Shown: in pieces, positions 29,818 through 39,560 of the stretch
How positions within the stretch are numbered: the stretch's first letter is position 1
Layout: each line of letters opens with the position of its first letter
Source: an uncultured Nitrospirota bacterium
GTDB taxonomy: Bacteria; Nitrospinota; Nitrospinia; CAJXCL01
Assembly: GCA_913051775.1 (NCBI GenBank)
Contig: CAJXCL010000001.1
Span: forward strand, 21,936 to 85,935
DNA: 64,000 nucleotides
Direction of reading: 5' to 3'
Position numbers and translations under genes: made by a program
Notes under the pieces: model-generated
What the model was told of the DNA's origin: nothing
Database searches by the model: none
What the model saw: the letters and a program-made list of their open reading frames with translations, nothing else

Positions 29818-31395
29818 TCAACTATTTGATATACTTCTGTTTTTCTTCCAGCGTTGTTTCCTCTTTCCCCTATAAAAATTGAATCCACCATAAACAATAG
29901 TGCAGAAAAGGATAGCAATAGCAAAGATATCTCCGTAAAGGGTATAGAATGTTCTATAATTCTTTTCCGGAAAGATATTTCCGATAATTTTATCCCGCAC
30001 AAATATATCTGTTTGCGAGATGATTTTTCCGCGGCTGTCTATTATCCCTGTAATGCCTGTGTTTGCTGCCCGGATAGTTGGTCTTCGGTTTTCCACAGCC
30101 CTGAATACCACCATTGAAATATGCTGATAAGATGCGGCGCTTTTTCCAAACCAGGCGTCATTGGTTATATTCACTAAAAATTCGGCTCCTGCTTTAACGA
30201 AACGCCTGACCAGGTCAGGAAATATTACTTCAAAACAAATGAGCACACTGAGTTTTGCATCTGGTATGGAAAAAACCGTATATTCAGTTCCGCTCCCAAA
30301 ATTACCAATACCTGTTACCATTTTATCCACAAAAAATAAAAGCTTTTTTAAAGGTACGTACTCGCCAAACGGAACGAGGTGTATTTTGTCATACCGGCCA
30401 AGCACCTTTTTTTCAGGTGAAATCAAATAGGCGCTGTTAAAAAGCGTTATATCCTTTCTTTGTTCTGTATAACTCGGACTCCCGAATAGAATATTGCTAT
30501 TACTTTCTTTTCCTAATTGCAAAAGTTTTTTCTGATTAACTATATCGCTTGAGAAATTAAAGGGAGTCGCGGTCTCAGGCCAGACAATTAAGTTCGGGTC
30601 GCTTCCCGCCGCTTTTAGCGTCATGTCCTGATAGGTTTTATAAACCATTTTTTGATAGACTGGATCCCATTTATGATTTTGTTCAATATTTCCTTGAAGC
30701 AAGGCCACTTTTAAAGACTTCTTTCCTGTTCGACTGCCGAAAGAGAAATTTTTCCAAAAACCATACCCTAATGTTACAAAGATTAAAAGAACAGCTACCC
30801 CAACATAATTTCCAAATATAGACAGCTCCATTTTTTCAGGCTGAAAGGAATAAAAATAATCGAGAATCAAAAAAAATATGACATTTATAAAAACAATCAG
30901 AAAGGATAAGCCATAAATACCTGTGATATCCACAATCTGAATAACTGAAAGAAAATTAAACTGTGAATAAGCAAGGCTTGCCCATGGGAAGCCTGTGAGA
31001 AAATGCGCCCGCACATATTCCAGCGAAACCCATATGAAAGAAGCTGCAAGCCATTTATGAACTTTTGGGTGGCTAAAACAGGAAAGAAAAAAACAGAAAA
31101 GGCCGGTATATGCCCCAAGGTACAAAGCAAGCACAATCAATAAAAAAATACTTACTGAAAGAGGGAGTCTTCCGTAATTTACCATGGTATTGATAATCCA
31201 TGACAACGTACCCAGGTAAAAAAGAATCCCCTGAGCCCATCCCAACCAGAACGATTGGAGCGGAGTTTTATTGTGAATAGCGATAAAAAGAGGGATCATT
31301 CCGAACCAGGCGAAAGGCCAGAAGTTATAATTGGGAAACGCAAGGATCAATAAGAGGGAAGAAAATCCAGCTGAAATAAAATCAGTTATTTTCAT
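29818..31395 (-). CDS. lnt: Apolipoprotein N-acyltransferase
   Basis: 525 aa. N-terminal polytopic domain plus CN-hydrolase domain: E of 'LIVWPETA', K of 'KIHLVPFGEYVP', and catalytic Cys in 'ICFEVIFPD'. Confidence 0.8.
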   Translation of the reverse strand: MKITDFISAGFSSLLLILAFPNYNFWPFAWFGMIPLFIAIHNKTPLQSFWLGWAQGILFYLGTLSWIINTMVNYGRLPLSVSIFLLIVLALYLGAYTGLFCFFLSCFSHPKVHKWLAASFIWVSLEYVRAHFLTGFPWASLAYSQFNFLSVIQIVDITGIYGLSFLIVFINVIFFLILDYFYSFQPEKMELSIFGNYVGVAVLLIFVTLGYGFWKNFSFGSRTGKKSLKVALLQGNIEQNHKWDPVYQKMVYKTYQDMTLKAAGSDPNLIVWPETATPFNFSSDIVNQKKLLQLGKESNSNILFGSPSYTEQRKDITLFNSAYLISPEKKVLGRYDKIHLVPFGEYVPLKKLLFFVDKMVTGIGNFGSGTEYTVFSIPDAKLSVLICFEVIFPDLVRRFVKAGAEFLVNITNDAWFGKSAASYQHISMVVFRAVENRRPTIRAANTGITGIIDSRGKIISQTDIFVRDKIIGNIFPEKNYRTFYTLYGDIFAIAILFCTIVYGGFNFYRGKRKQRWKKNRSISNS

Positions 31396-32184
31396 TTATT
31401 GTTTTACAGCAATAATGTCGAATGAATTTTCACTTTTGATAATTCTTGTGGCTATAAAAGATGGGATTCCATACCGGCGGGCGCAATATTTATATTTGTT
31501 TACAACTTTAAGACCCTTTGAATTTAAAATGTCGCATACATTTTTAATGTCTATTCCTCCAAAACGACGCTGAAAATCGGAAAATCCATATTTTTCACCT
31601 GGCATTGATATTCCCTGAAGAGTCATTGATAATCGATAAAGTGTTTCATCCGTTTTCTTCAGAAGTTTATGAAAAAAAGAACGTAACCCGTTGTCAACCG
31701 GCTGTTTTATTGGCTCAAAAAAAATGAGAAGTATACCACCCTTTAGTAAAGCAGAGCAGGCCGCTTTCAATACAGTTTCATAATCAAAAAGATGGTGTAA
31801 AAAAGCTGACATGGAGATCAATGAAAAAACTTCTTTATTATGATTGAGATAATCAGAAGCGCTGTTGTTTATCAGTGTAGCTTTTGTTTTAAGTTTGTCA
31901 GGGATTTTTTCTTCTAAAGCCGTAATCATTTCTTGTGAAAGATCGATTCCTGTTATTTCAAATCCCCTCTGCAAAAACTCCAAAAGAAGGTATCCTGTCC
32001 CACACCCAATGTCCAGAATTTTGCAATGATTCTCAGGCAGCAAGTCAACTGCTTTATTAATGTTTTTGGTCAGGTGAGCATATTGGAAGAAGTTCGTTTG
32101 TTCCGGATGCCGGTGAAGATATTCCTTGCTTTCCAGGGCATGGATCAAAATATTTTCCTTTATGACTTTTTCTGCAAGTTGCAT
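31396..32184 (-). CDS. Class I SAM-dependent methyltransferase
   Basis: 262 aa. Motif I 'ILDIGCGTGYLLLEF'. Its stop abuts the lnt start (31395/31396), implying co-transcription. Confidence 0.7.
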   Translation of the reverse strand: MQLAEKVIKENILIHALESKEYLHRHPEQTNFFQYAHLTKNINKAVDLLPENHCKILDIGCGTGYLLLEFLQRGFEITGIDLSQEMITALEEKIPDKLKTKATLINNSASDYLNHNKEVFSLISMSAFLHHLFDYETVLKAACSALLKGGILLIFFEPIKQPVDNGLRSFFHKLLKKTDETLYRLSMTLQGISMPGEKYGFSDFQRRFGGIDIKNVCDILNSKGLKVVNKYKYCARRYGIPSFIATRIIKSENSFDIIAVKQ

Positions 32185-32307
32185 TTTATATTTTTCGATC
32201 TATGTAATCTTTTCAGCCCAACGGGCTATCCTCTACAATCCTTTCGGACTTTTGGTTCTAATTGTTTTAGCTTTTTTAGATTTTAATGTATAAACCTGTA
32301 ATGATTA

Positions 32308-33231
32308 TTAAATAATAAACCTCTTCGCTACTTTTTGACTTTCGTATTCATTGCAATTTTTGCATATTTGCGGAAAATCTTTATCCATATGTCTTTTTCG
32401 GAGCCTTCTCATAGCTAGTCCGTTCCAGATGGAATCCACTGTTTCATTCAGGACGTTCCCGATTTGGAGCTCTCCTTCATAATCCGCGCAGCAGGGAACA
32501 ACTTTTCCGTCCCACAAGACCACCACCTTTCCGTAATCTTTCCCAAAAAGTTCTGGACAGATATCTGTCCTTTGTAATGCAAACTTGTAAAATTGTGTTT
32601 TTTTAGCACAATTTTTTTTAGCAGATTGGACGGTAGCCCCTTTGGTAGTGGCCTCTTGGCTATGCTGTGAACGGATTAATTTAGGTTGAAAACGAACATG
32701 GTCTGCTATGGATTTCCACTTATCATAAAAGGAGTCCATATCTTTTTCTGTTTGTTCTTCAACAACCATTACAATCCCTATTTTAAGGGGGCTGTTTTTC
32801 TCGTTTCTACCTTTTATCAGATTCAAAATATTATTTTCGATTATTTGAAAATCAATACCCCGAATTTTTTGGTATGTGTCCGGGTTTCCATCCACAGAAA
32901 TTCTCAATACACTTAAAGGACTGTTAAGAATTCTGTGGATAGTGTTGTCATCGAGCAATGTTCCGTTGGTATTAAAAACCGTATAACGAATTCCTTTATT
33001 ATGAGCATATTTGATCATATTAAATAAATCTTTGTTCTGCGTTGGTTCACCCCAGTTATGAAGGCAGAGATGCTTCAGCGATTTTCCGCTACCGATTGTT
33101 TTTTGAAAAAGTTCAAAAGACATGAATCCTTTTTTTCTTTTCATTTCATTATTAGTCGGACATATGCGGCAATTCAAATTACATACATTCGTCGTCTCAA
33201 TAGTTAATGATGTGAGTTTATTGATTTTCAT
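32308..33231 (-). CDS. Radical SAM enzyme with C-terminal SPASM-like Cys cluster
   Basis: 307 aa. 'ETTNVCNLNCRIC' CxxxCxxC. C-terminal 'PCCADYEGELQIGNV...CKNCNEY'. Confidence 0.7.
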   Translation of the reverse strand: MKINKLTSLTIETTNVCNLNCRICPTNNEMKRKKGFMSFELFQKTIGSGKSLKHLCLHNWGEPTQNKDLFNMIKYAHNKGIRYTVFNTNGTLLDDNTIHRILNSPLSVLRISVDGNPDTYQKIRGIDFQIIENNILNLIKGRNEKNSPLKIGIVMVVEEQTEKDMDSFYDKWKSIADHVRFQPKLIRSQHSQEATTKGATVQSAKKNCAKKTQFYKFALQRTDICPELFGKDYGKVVVLWDGKVVPCCADYEGELQIGNVLNETVDSIWNGLAMRRLRKRHMDKDFPQICKNCNEYESQKVAKRFII

Positions 33232-34193
33232 TATTTGAGGATATCGTCAATTACAAAATCAGGTTGGTCTTCGATTATCTCTTCAATTACATAATCAGGC
33301 CTGTCCTGTACCTGGGAATAAATTCTACCGATATATTCTCCAAGAATTCCAATGGAGAGAAGTTGCACTCCTGCAAAAAGAGAAAAAAGAGCTGTCAGCA
33401 CGGTAAGACCATCATACATTACACCTCTAACATAACGTTGAAAAAGTAAAAAGATCATCAATAAAAATCCAAGAGACGCGCCAAAGAAACCGAGATAAGT
33501 AACTATTCTTAAAGGAAACCTCGAAAATCCTGTTATAAGATCCATTGCTAATTGAAACAGCTTCCCAATGCTATATTTTGTTTCTCCATGCAGCCTTTTC
33601 GAATGATCCACTTCCACATGGGCGCTGGAAACACCCATCCAGCTTACCAATGCCGAGAGAAATTTTGATTTATCTTTACATTGATTGATTTTTTCGATGA
33701 CACTTCTTCTCATCACGCGGAAGGAACTTATATAAAGCCTGATATTCTTGCCCATTAACTTCGATATCAAGAAAGCTAAAATAGAAGAACATATTTTTCG
33801 CGGGAAAAAGTCCTGCCTATTTTTTCGAATTCCGCTGACTATATCGTAGCCTTCATTAAGTTTCAGGATTAGCTTGGGTATCTCTTCTGGTGGGTTTTGG
33901 AGATCGGCGTCTAACTGGACAATAATTTTTCCTTTACAATGTTTGAATCCGGCAAGGACTGCTGACTGCTGCCCAAAGTTTCTGGTAAATTTTAAAATAC
34001 TGATATTTTTATCTTTATGTCTCAAATCCTTTAGCATGTTGAGGGAATTATCCGTACTGCCGTCATCAATAAAGATTAATTCATATCGGGGCGAAATTGG
34101 AGTTATTGAAGCTAAGAGCCTGTCATATAGTTCACTAATATTTTCCGCTTCGTTATATACTGGGATAACAACTGAAATATCTACCTGGTTCAT
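33231..34193 (-). CDS. GT2 polyprenyl-phosphate glycosyltransferase (DPM1/ArnC/GtrB-like) with C-terminal TM helices
   Basis: 320 aa. 'VVIPVYNEAENI...IFIDDGSTDNS' GT-A DxD region. Two C-terminal TM helices. 1-nt overlap with the downstream radical SAM gene. Confidence 0.8.
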   Translation of the reverse strand: MNQVDISVVIPVYNEAENISELYDRLLASITPISPRYELIFIDDGSTDNSLNMLKDLRHKDKNISILKFTRNFGQQSAVLAGFKHCKGKIIVQLDADLQNPPEEIPKLILKLNEGYDIVSGIRKNRQDFFPRKICSSILAFLISKLMGKNIRLYISSFRVMRRSVIEKINQCKDKSKFLSALVSWMGVSSAHVEVDHSKRLHGETKYSIGKLFQLAMDLITGFSRFPLRIVTYLGFFGASLGFLLMIFLLFQRYVRGVMYDGLTVLTALFSLFAGVQLLSIGILGEYIGRIYSQVQDRPDYVIEEIIEDQPDFVIDDILK

Positions 34194-34300
34194 TGCACAA
34201 TGTTAACATAATATACTATTACCCCGTAAAAATTTTTTTTTATTTTGTTATACTGCCTAATGTTTTTTTGAATAGCTTTTAATGGTAAAATGCAGAAACT

Positions 34301-35881
34301 ATGTGTATTGATGTTCATAAAATCAGTGAATTAAGAACCAGACCGACCTCTGAATTTCGTTTTACTCTAATAGCGCTCTATAACTTTAATCATTTAGGGG
34401 TTCGCGCCCTCCATTCTCTTTTAAAGTCAAAAGGCGTTCATGTGGATCTTATTTTTTTTAAAAATATGTTGTTTAACGACGCTAAAAGGCCAACCCTGGA
34501 AGAAACTAACCAGTTAACAGAATTAATTAAAGAAAAAAATCCTGACCTTGTCGGGATTAGTGTGAGCTGTTCAACTTTTTATAACATTGCGAAAGATATT
34601 ACTGATAGCGTTAAGCAAAAGATATCATCCCCTGTTATCTGGGGAGGAGCACACCCGACGATAGATCCCGATCAGTGCATTAATCACTCGGATATGGTTT
34701 TTATTGGAGAGGGAGAATTTGGTTTGCTTGACCTCATAACTAAAATGTCACAAAACCTGGATTTCTCAGATATTCCAGGCCTTTGGATAAAAAAGAATGG
34801 TGGACACGTAATTAAAAATGCTCCGACTCCATTAAGCAACTTTCTTAACCTGATTCCGCCGAATGACTACGAAGATGATAAAAAATATTATATTGAAAAA
34901 GGAAACTTGAAAAATGGGGATCCTTACTCAAAAAATAATGAACTCTACACAATTCTGACCGGCAGGGGTTGTCCTTTTGATTGTACATACTGTATTAATC
35001 ACCTTTTTAAGGATATTTACACGAGCAGGGGATTTCCTGTCAGGCGAAGGAGTGTGTCACATGTCATAAACGAGCTTGGTCAGGCAAAAAAAATGTTTCC
35101 TAACCTGAAGCGGGTGACCATTTTTGATGATGTCTTTGTATTGGATAAAAAATGGGCGAAAGAATTTTGTGATGAATATAAAGAAAAAATCAATTTGCCC
35201 TTCTCGTGCCTTTTTCATCCTTCCACGATTAAAGAAGATATTGTGTCTATTTTGAAACAGGGGGGGCTGGACTATATAGATATAGGTATAGAAAGCGGTT
35301 CAGAAAGAATTAGACGTGAAATATTTGGACGAAAAGATTCAAACCGGGTTATTAAAAACGCGATGGATATCATGCGTAGATATAATGTCAGACCTTATCT
35401 CGACTTCATCCTAGATAACCCTTTTGAAACCGTTGAAGATAAACGGCAGACTCTTGATCTGCTCTTAAGTTTCCCCAGGCCTTTTATGTTTTATTTTTAT
35501 TCGTTAATTTATTTTCCTAAAACAAAAATGACTCAGCTTGCCCTTGAAAAAAAGATTATTACTGAAGGTGACGTCGAAGATAAAAAAGGAAAAGTTTTCG
35601 ATCAATTTCAGGTTACATTCAGTTACAAAAGAAAAAAAGAAGAATTGTTCTGGATATGCCTTTTTTCTTTGTCAGGGAAAAGTTTTATTCCAAAATTTTT
35701 GATCAGGAGTTTGAGTAAAATTCGCCTGTTATCAGCTAAACCGACTTTGCTCGTAATGCTAACAACCATTTCCAACTATATCAGGGTTATCGGTATAGGC
35801 CTCGAGCGACTCTTTTCAGGTGAGTTGACTTATACGATGTTTAAGCGGTATTTTAAAGCGGCTTTTACATTGAATAAATAG
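34301..35881 (+). CDS. B12-binding-domain radical SAM enzyme (class B radical SAM)
   Basis: 526 aa. N-terminal cobalamin-binding-like domain ('DLVGISVSCST...VIWGGAHPT'). Radical SAM 'GRGCPFDCTYC'. Divergently transcribed from the GT2/rSAM/MT/lnt operon. Confidence 0.7.
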   Translation: MCIDVHKISELRTRPTSEFRFTLIALYNFNHLGVRALHSLLKSKGVHVDLIFFKNMLFNDAKRPTLEETNQLTELIKEKNPDLVGISVSCSTFYNIAKDITDSVKQKISSPVIWGGAHPTIDPDQCINHSDMVFIGEGEFGLLDLITKMSQNLDFSDIPGLWIKKNGGHVIKNAPTPLSNFLNLIPPNDYEDDKKYYIEKGNLKNGDPYSKNNELYTILTGRGCPFDCTYCINHLFKDIYTSRGFPVRRRSVSHVINELGQAKKMFPNLKRVTIFDDVFVLDKKWAKEFCDEYKEKINLPFSCLFHPSTIKEDIVSILKQGGLDYIDIGIESGSERIRREIFGRKDSNRVIKNAMDIMRRYNVRPYLDFILDNPFETVEDKRQTLDLLLSFPRPFMFYFYSLIYFPKTKMTQLALEKKIITEGDVEDKKGKVFDQFQVTFSYKRKKEELFWICLFSLSGKSFIPKFLIRSLSKIRLLSAKPTLLVMLTTISNYIRVIGIGLERLFSGELTYTMFKRYFKAAFTLNK

Positions 35882-35969
35882 TTAGTCACTGGTCATTTGA
35901 CATCAGTCAATAATGATTTCCCAATGACAAGTGATTAATGACGAACGACTAATATAAGGAAATAACAAT

Positions 35970-36302
35970 ATGACAATAGAAAGATACTGGGTTCTGTTTC
36001 CCATTCTGTTTTTTCTTGTTCTCGGATGTCTTATCGCGGCCGTCATTCGGACATTCAGGCAAAATGAAAAAGGCATTGAGAAGTGGACTGTTGTCCCGGC
36101 ACTGGCACTGATTATTGTTACAGCTTTTTCGGGTTGGCTTTTTCCGAGCTACCACAGGATTATTTCGTTTGTCGCGGAGGGTCTTATTTTTTACAACGCC
36201 ATAATTTTCTGGAAAAAGAAAGAGAGATTTACATCATGGTTAAACATAGCAGCGCTATTTTTTATCTTTTGTGATTTTTCTCTGCATAAGATTTTAAAAT
36301 AA
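35970..36302 (+). CDS. Hypothetical small membrane protein (3-4 TM)
   Basis: 110 aa, mostly hydrophobic. Downstream of the B12-rSAM gene. Confidence 0.4.
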   Translation: MTIERYWVLFPILFFLVLGCLIAAVIRTFRQNEKGIEKWTVVPALALIIVTAFSGWLFPSYHRIISFVAEGLIFYNAIIFWKKKERFTSWLNIAALFFIFCDFSLHKILK

Positions 36303-36309
36303 AGAGGAG

Positions 36310-36618
36310 GTGATGATTATGAATTTAAAGAAATTTTTTATTATTTTCTTCATACTTTTTTTAGCGGCGTGCGGAAAGACAGGAAAAAATTTTAACGAAG
36401 GGTACGTTGAATATATTAAAAATGGCGAAACAACAATGCATGAGATAGTACAAGAAATAGGGGAACCTAACAGAAAAGGGACGGCTGACGGGCGTGAATG
36501 GTGGATCTATGAGTATAACACCTATAAATTAGGAAAAACTCTTTCCAAAGATCTGCAAATTGTATTCGATGATAAGGGAGTAGTAAAGGCAATCACTTTT
36601 TCCAGTAATTTCCCCTGA
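36310..36618 (+). CDS. Hypothetical lipoprotein
   Basis: 102 aa. Signal peptide ending in lipobox 'LAAC' (…FILFLAACGK). Confidence 0.45.
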   Translation: MMIMNLKKFFIIFFILFLAACGKTGKNFNEGYVEYIKNGETTMHEIVQEIGEPNRKGTADGREWWIYEYNTYKLGKTLSKDLQIVFDDKGVVKAITFSSNFP

Positions 36619-36638
36619 GAAGAAACCGGGGAAATTTA

Positions 36639-36680
36639 TTGAAGCTCCCTGCAGCAAAGCTGCGAGGAATTTTCAGTAAA
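36639..36680 (-). repeat. Family-A repeat, short form, reverse orientation (A6)
   Basis: Reverse complement 'ctgaaaattcctcgcagctttgctgcagggagcttcaat' matches the A4/A5 3' half. Confidence 0.6.
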
Positions 36681-36734
36681 GAATATTGGGCAGAATAACA
36701 AGATTACTAATTAACAGTTTACATCTTTCAATTA

Positions 36735-36763
36735 TCAATTAACAATTGATCGTTGTTAATTGA
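36735..36763. promoter_or_regulatory. Perfect 11-bp inverted repeat (tcaattaacaa-N7-ttgttaattga), candidate operator upstream of the HAD hydrolase gene
   Basis: Read directly from the sequence. Embedded in further 'taattga' iterations. Lies 55 nt upstream of the 36818 start. Confidence 0.4.
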
Positions 36764-36817
36764 CCATTGCTAATTGATTCATCCTATCAAAAAATTAATT
36801 GAAAGAACAAATTAGAT

Positions 36818-37474
36818 ATGCGATTAATAATTTTTGATTTGGACGGCACTCTTATTGACTCTAAAAATGATATTGCCGATTCAGTTAACTATACTTTAAA
36901 GAGACTTCATCTTCCCTCATTGCAAAACAGCTTAATTTATAGTTACGTGGGAAACGGTGTTCTTCCCCTGCTTGAAAAAGTGATCTCTTGTTCAAATAAA
37001 AAAAGTAATTTAGAGAACGCATTGAAAGTATTCAGAAAACATTATGAAGAGCATCTTTTAGATTCGACCAGACTCTATCCGGGTGTAATGGAAATATTGA
37101 AACATTTTTCAGACGTCAACATGGGGCTTGTTTCCAATAAACCGGAACGGTTTGTTAAAAAGATTTTAAAGGGATTAAACGTCGATTGTTTTTTCCCCGT
37201 GGTAATAGGAGGGGACACCTTGAAAACTAAAAAGCCTGATCCAGAAGGCGTTAATATGATCAGGAATAGATTTGGCGCTGATCTCCACGAAACAGTTATT
37301 GTTGGAGATGGGGGCGTGGATATAGAGACGGGCAAAGAAGCTGGTATCCACACCTGCGGTGTCAGTTACGGTTTGCGAGACAGAAAGGAATTAGTTGAAG
37401 CAGGGGCAGAAATTATTATCGACGATATTCTGGAATTAAAAAATCATTTTAATTCTGGCTTTTTTAATGTTTAA
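36818..37474 (+). CDS. HAD-superfamily hydrolase (phosphoglycolate-phosphatase-like)
   Basis: 218 aa. Motif I 'IFDLDGTL'. Later 'VSNKP' and 'VGDGGVD' motifs. Confidence 0.7.
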   Translation: MRLIIFDLDGTLIDSKNDIADSVNYTLKRLHLPSLQNSLIYSYVGNGVLPLLEKVISCSNKKSNLENALKVFRKHYEEHLLDSTRLYPGVMEILKHFSDVNMGLVSNKPERFVKKILKGLNVDCFFPVVIGGDTLKTKKPDPEGVNMIRNRFGADLHETVIVGDGGVDIETGKEAGIHTCGVSYGLRDRKELVEAGAEIIIDDILELKNHFNSGFFNV

Positions 37475-37686
37475 TTTTATAAGTTATAAAGCAAATAGTG
37501 AATGGTTGTTATACAAATGATACAAAGTACTTGTACTTATTGACTTCCAATTAACTTAAAATCTGAAAATCCTGCTGAACTGGATGTTAAACCGCGAGAT
37601 TATCTATAAATGAGTAAGCGGTTAGCGATAGGTAAGGCAATAAAAAAAAGATATCAGGTCTAAGTGTCTGTTAAACGCTTACGAAA

Positions 37687-38628
37687 ATGGAAAAAAGAAA
37701 ATTAGGCGCAAGTGATCTAAAAGTAAGCGTTATTGGATTTGGTGCGTGGGGAATAGGCGGGCATCCGTTCTGGACTAATGAAGGTGACAATAAATCAGTC
37801 AGCGCAGTTCAAAAAGCCTTTGATTTAGGAATCAATTTCTTTGATACCGCGCCGGTATACGGGTTCGGCCGTTCGGAGCGTTTAATTGCAAAGGCTCTAA
37901 ATAAAAAACGGGATAAAGTAATACTTGCCACAAAATGCGGGTTGCGGTGGGAGAAGGAATCAGCTGGTTCAATACGAAAGGATAGTTCAGCAAATTCTAT
38001 TCGTTTTGAAATTGAAGAAAGTCTAAAAAGACTAAAAACAGATTTTATAGACCTCTACCAGGTGCATTGGCCAGACCCGAACACTTCTTTCAGAGAAACG
38101 ATGGAAGAGTTATTGAAATTGAAAGAAGAAAAAAAAATCCTTACTATTGGATTAAGTAACTTCTCTAAATCACAAATGGAAGAATGTTTGAAGTATGGAG
38201 AATTTATATCCCTTCAGTCAATGTATAACATGCTTGAAAGGGATTTGGAAAAAGATGAAATCCCTTTTTGCAAAGAAAAAGGAATTGGAATTATTCCGTA
38301 TTCGCCGCTGGCTTCCGGAGTTTTAACGGGAAAATATGATAAACAAACGAAGTTCAGGGACTGGCGCGGAAAAGGGATTTTAGGCCACTTTTCAGGTGAA
38401 ATCTATGAAAGCCATATTGACAAAGTGGAAAAGTTAAAAAGTTTTGCTTCTAATTATGGCAAGAAAGTGTATCACTTGGCAATAAACTGGCTTTTAGCAC
38501 AAGAAGGAATCTCTACTGCTATAGTCGGCGCAAAAAAAGCAGTTCAGGTACAGGATAACCAACAGGCAACAGGATGGGAGATTTCCGAAGAAGATATGAA
38601 AAATATTAATGAGTTGTTAGCGACGTAA
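37687..38628 (+). CDS. Aldo/keto reductase
   Basis: 313 aa. 'GASDLKVSVIGFGAWGIGG', 'FFDTAPVYG', 'IDLYQVHWPD' AKR signatures. Confidence 0.8.
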   Translation: MEKRKLGASDLKVSVIGFGAWGIGGHPFWTNEGDNKSVSAVQKAFDLGINFFDTAPVYGFGRSERLIAKALNKKRDKVILATKCGLRWEKESAGSIRKDSSANSIRFEIEESLKRLKTDFIDLYQVHWPDPNTSFRETMEELLKLKEEKKILTIGLSNFSKSQMEECLKYGEFISLQSMYNMLERDLEKDEIPFCKEKGIGIIPYSPLASGVLTGKYDKQTKFRDWRGKGILGHFSGEIYESHIDKVEKLKSFASNYGKKVYHLAINWLLAQEGISTAIVGAKKAVQVQDNQQATGWEISEEDMKNINELLAT

Positions 38629-38657
38629 CTGCCACTTCGTGGCTATAAAACAATTTG

Positions 38658-39530
38658 TCAATATTTATAGAAACCTTCCCCTGTTTTTCCCCCCAGCTTT
38701 CCTTCTTTTACTAAAGATTCAAGCATTGGGGTTGGTTTATACCTTTCATCCTTTAAACTTTCATATAGGTAGGTCATTATATTGCGGCAGATATCGAGTC
38801 CTATAAAGTCTGCTAATTCAATTGGACCCATGGGATGGTTCATGCCGCATTTCATGATTGCATCGATATCCTCCTTGTCAGAGATACCTTTTTCTAAAAG
38901 CCGCAAAGCCTCACCAATGAGGGCAAACAGGAGTCGGTTGGATACAAAACCTGGGGAGTCATTTACTACAGCAGAAGTTTTTCCTATTTTTTTTGATAGA
39001 TCCAAAATACTCTTTAAAGTATTTTCTGATGTTTTTTCTCCTTTAATGACTTCTAACAGTTTCATTACTTTGGGCGGGTTCATGAAGTGCATTCCGATGA
39101 AACAGGATGGTTTTTCCACTGCCTCTGCAAGTTTGTTAATAGAAAAAGCGGATGTGTTGGTCGCGATAATGGTATCGTTCTTACATACTTTGTTAAGGAC
39201 ATTATAAATCTCTTTTTTTACATCCACGTTTTCAAAAACAGCCTCAATAATAAGATCGCAATCTTTTATTTTCTCAAAATTCGTTGAGGTTTCTATATGG
39301 CCTGAAACTTTATTCCATAACTCGGGTTCCGTACGGCTCTTTACATTGTTTAGCGCGTCCTGAAGTATAGTCTCTTTCTCATCTACAAGTACGACAGGGT
39401 AATCATAGAGAGCAAAAACCTGTGCTATGCCTCTTCCCATTGTGCCCGCGCCTATAATGCCTATTTTTTTTATTCTTTTGTGCACTTTGTCTTCTCTACG
39501 GTGAATTTTCTGACTCCTGACCTCTGACAA
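38658..39530 (-). CDS. hbd: 3-Hydroxyacyl-CoA / 3-hydroxybutyryl-CoA dehydrogenase
   Basis: 290 aa. Rossmann 'IGIIGAGTMG'. HCDH catalytic region. C-terminal dimerisation domain. Confidence 0.8.
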   Translation of the reverse strand: MSEVRSQKIHRREDKVHKRIKKIGIIGAGTMGRGIAQVFALYDYPVVLVDEKETILQDALNNVKSRTEPELWNKVSGHIETSTNFEKIKDCDLIIEAVFENVDVKKEIYNVLNKVCKNDTIIATNTSAFSINKLAEAVEKPSCFIGMHFMNPPKVMKLLEVIKGEKTSENTLKSILDLSKKIGKTSAVVNDSPGFVSNRLLFALIGEALRLLEKGISDKEDIDAIMKCGMNHPMGPIELADFIGLDICRNIMTYLYESLKDERYKPTPMLESLVKEGKLGGKTGEGFYKY

Positions 39531-39560
39531 CTAATTTATTGTTCTTTCGGTTAAAAATTT

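Noticed and set aside
29748-30002. 84-aa minus-strand ORF overlapping the 3' end of lnt
   Set aside because: Out-of-frame overlap with the lnt coding sequence. Hydrophobic low-complexity translation.
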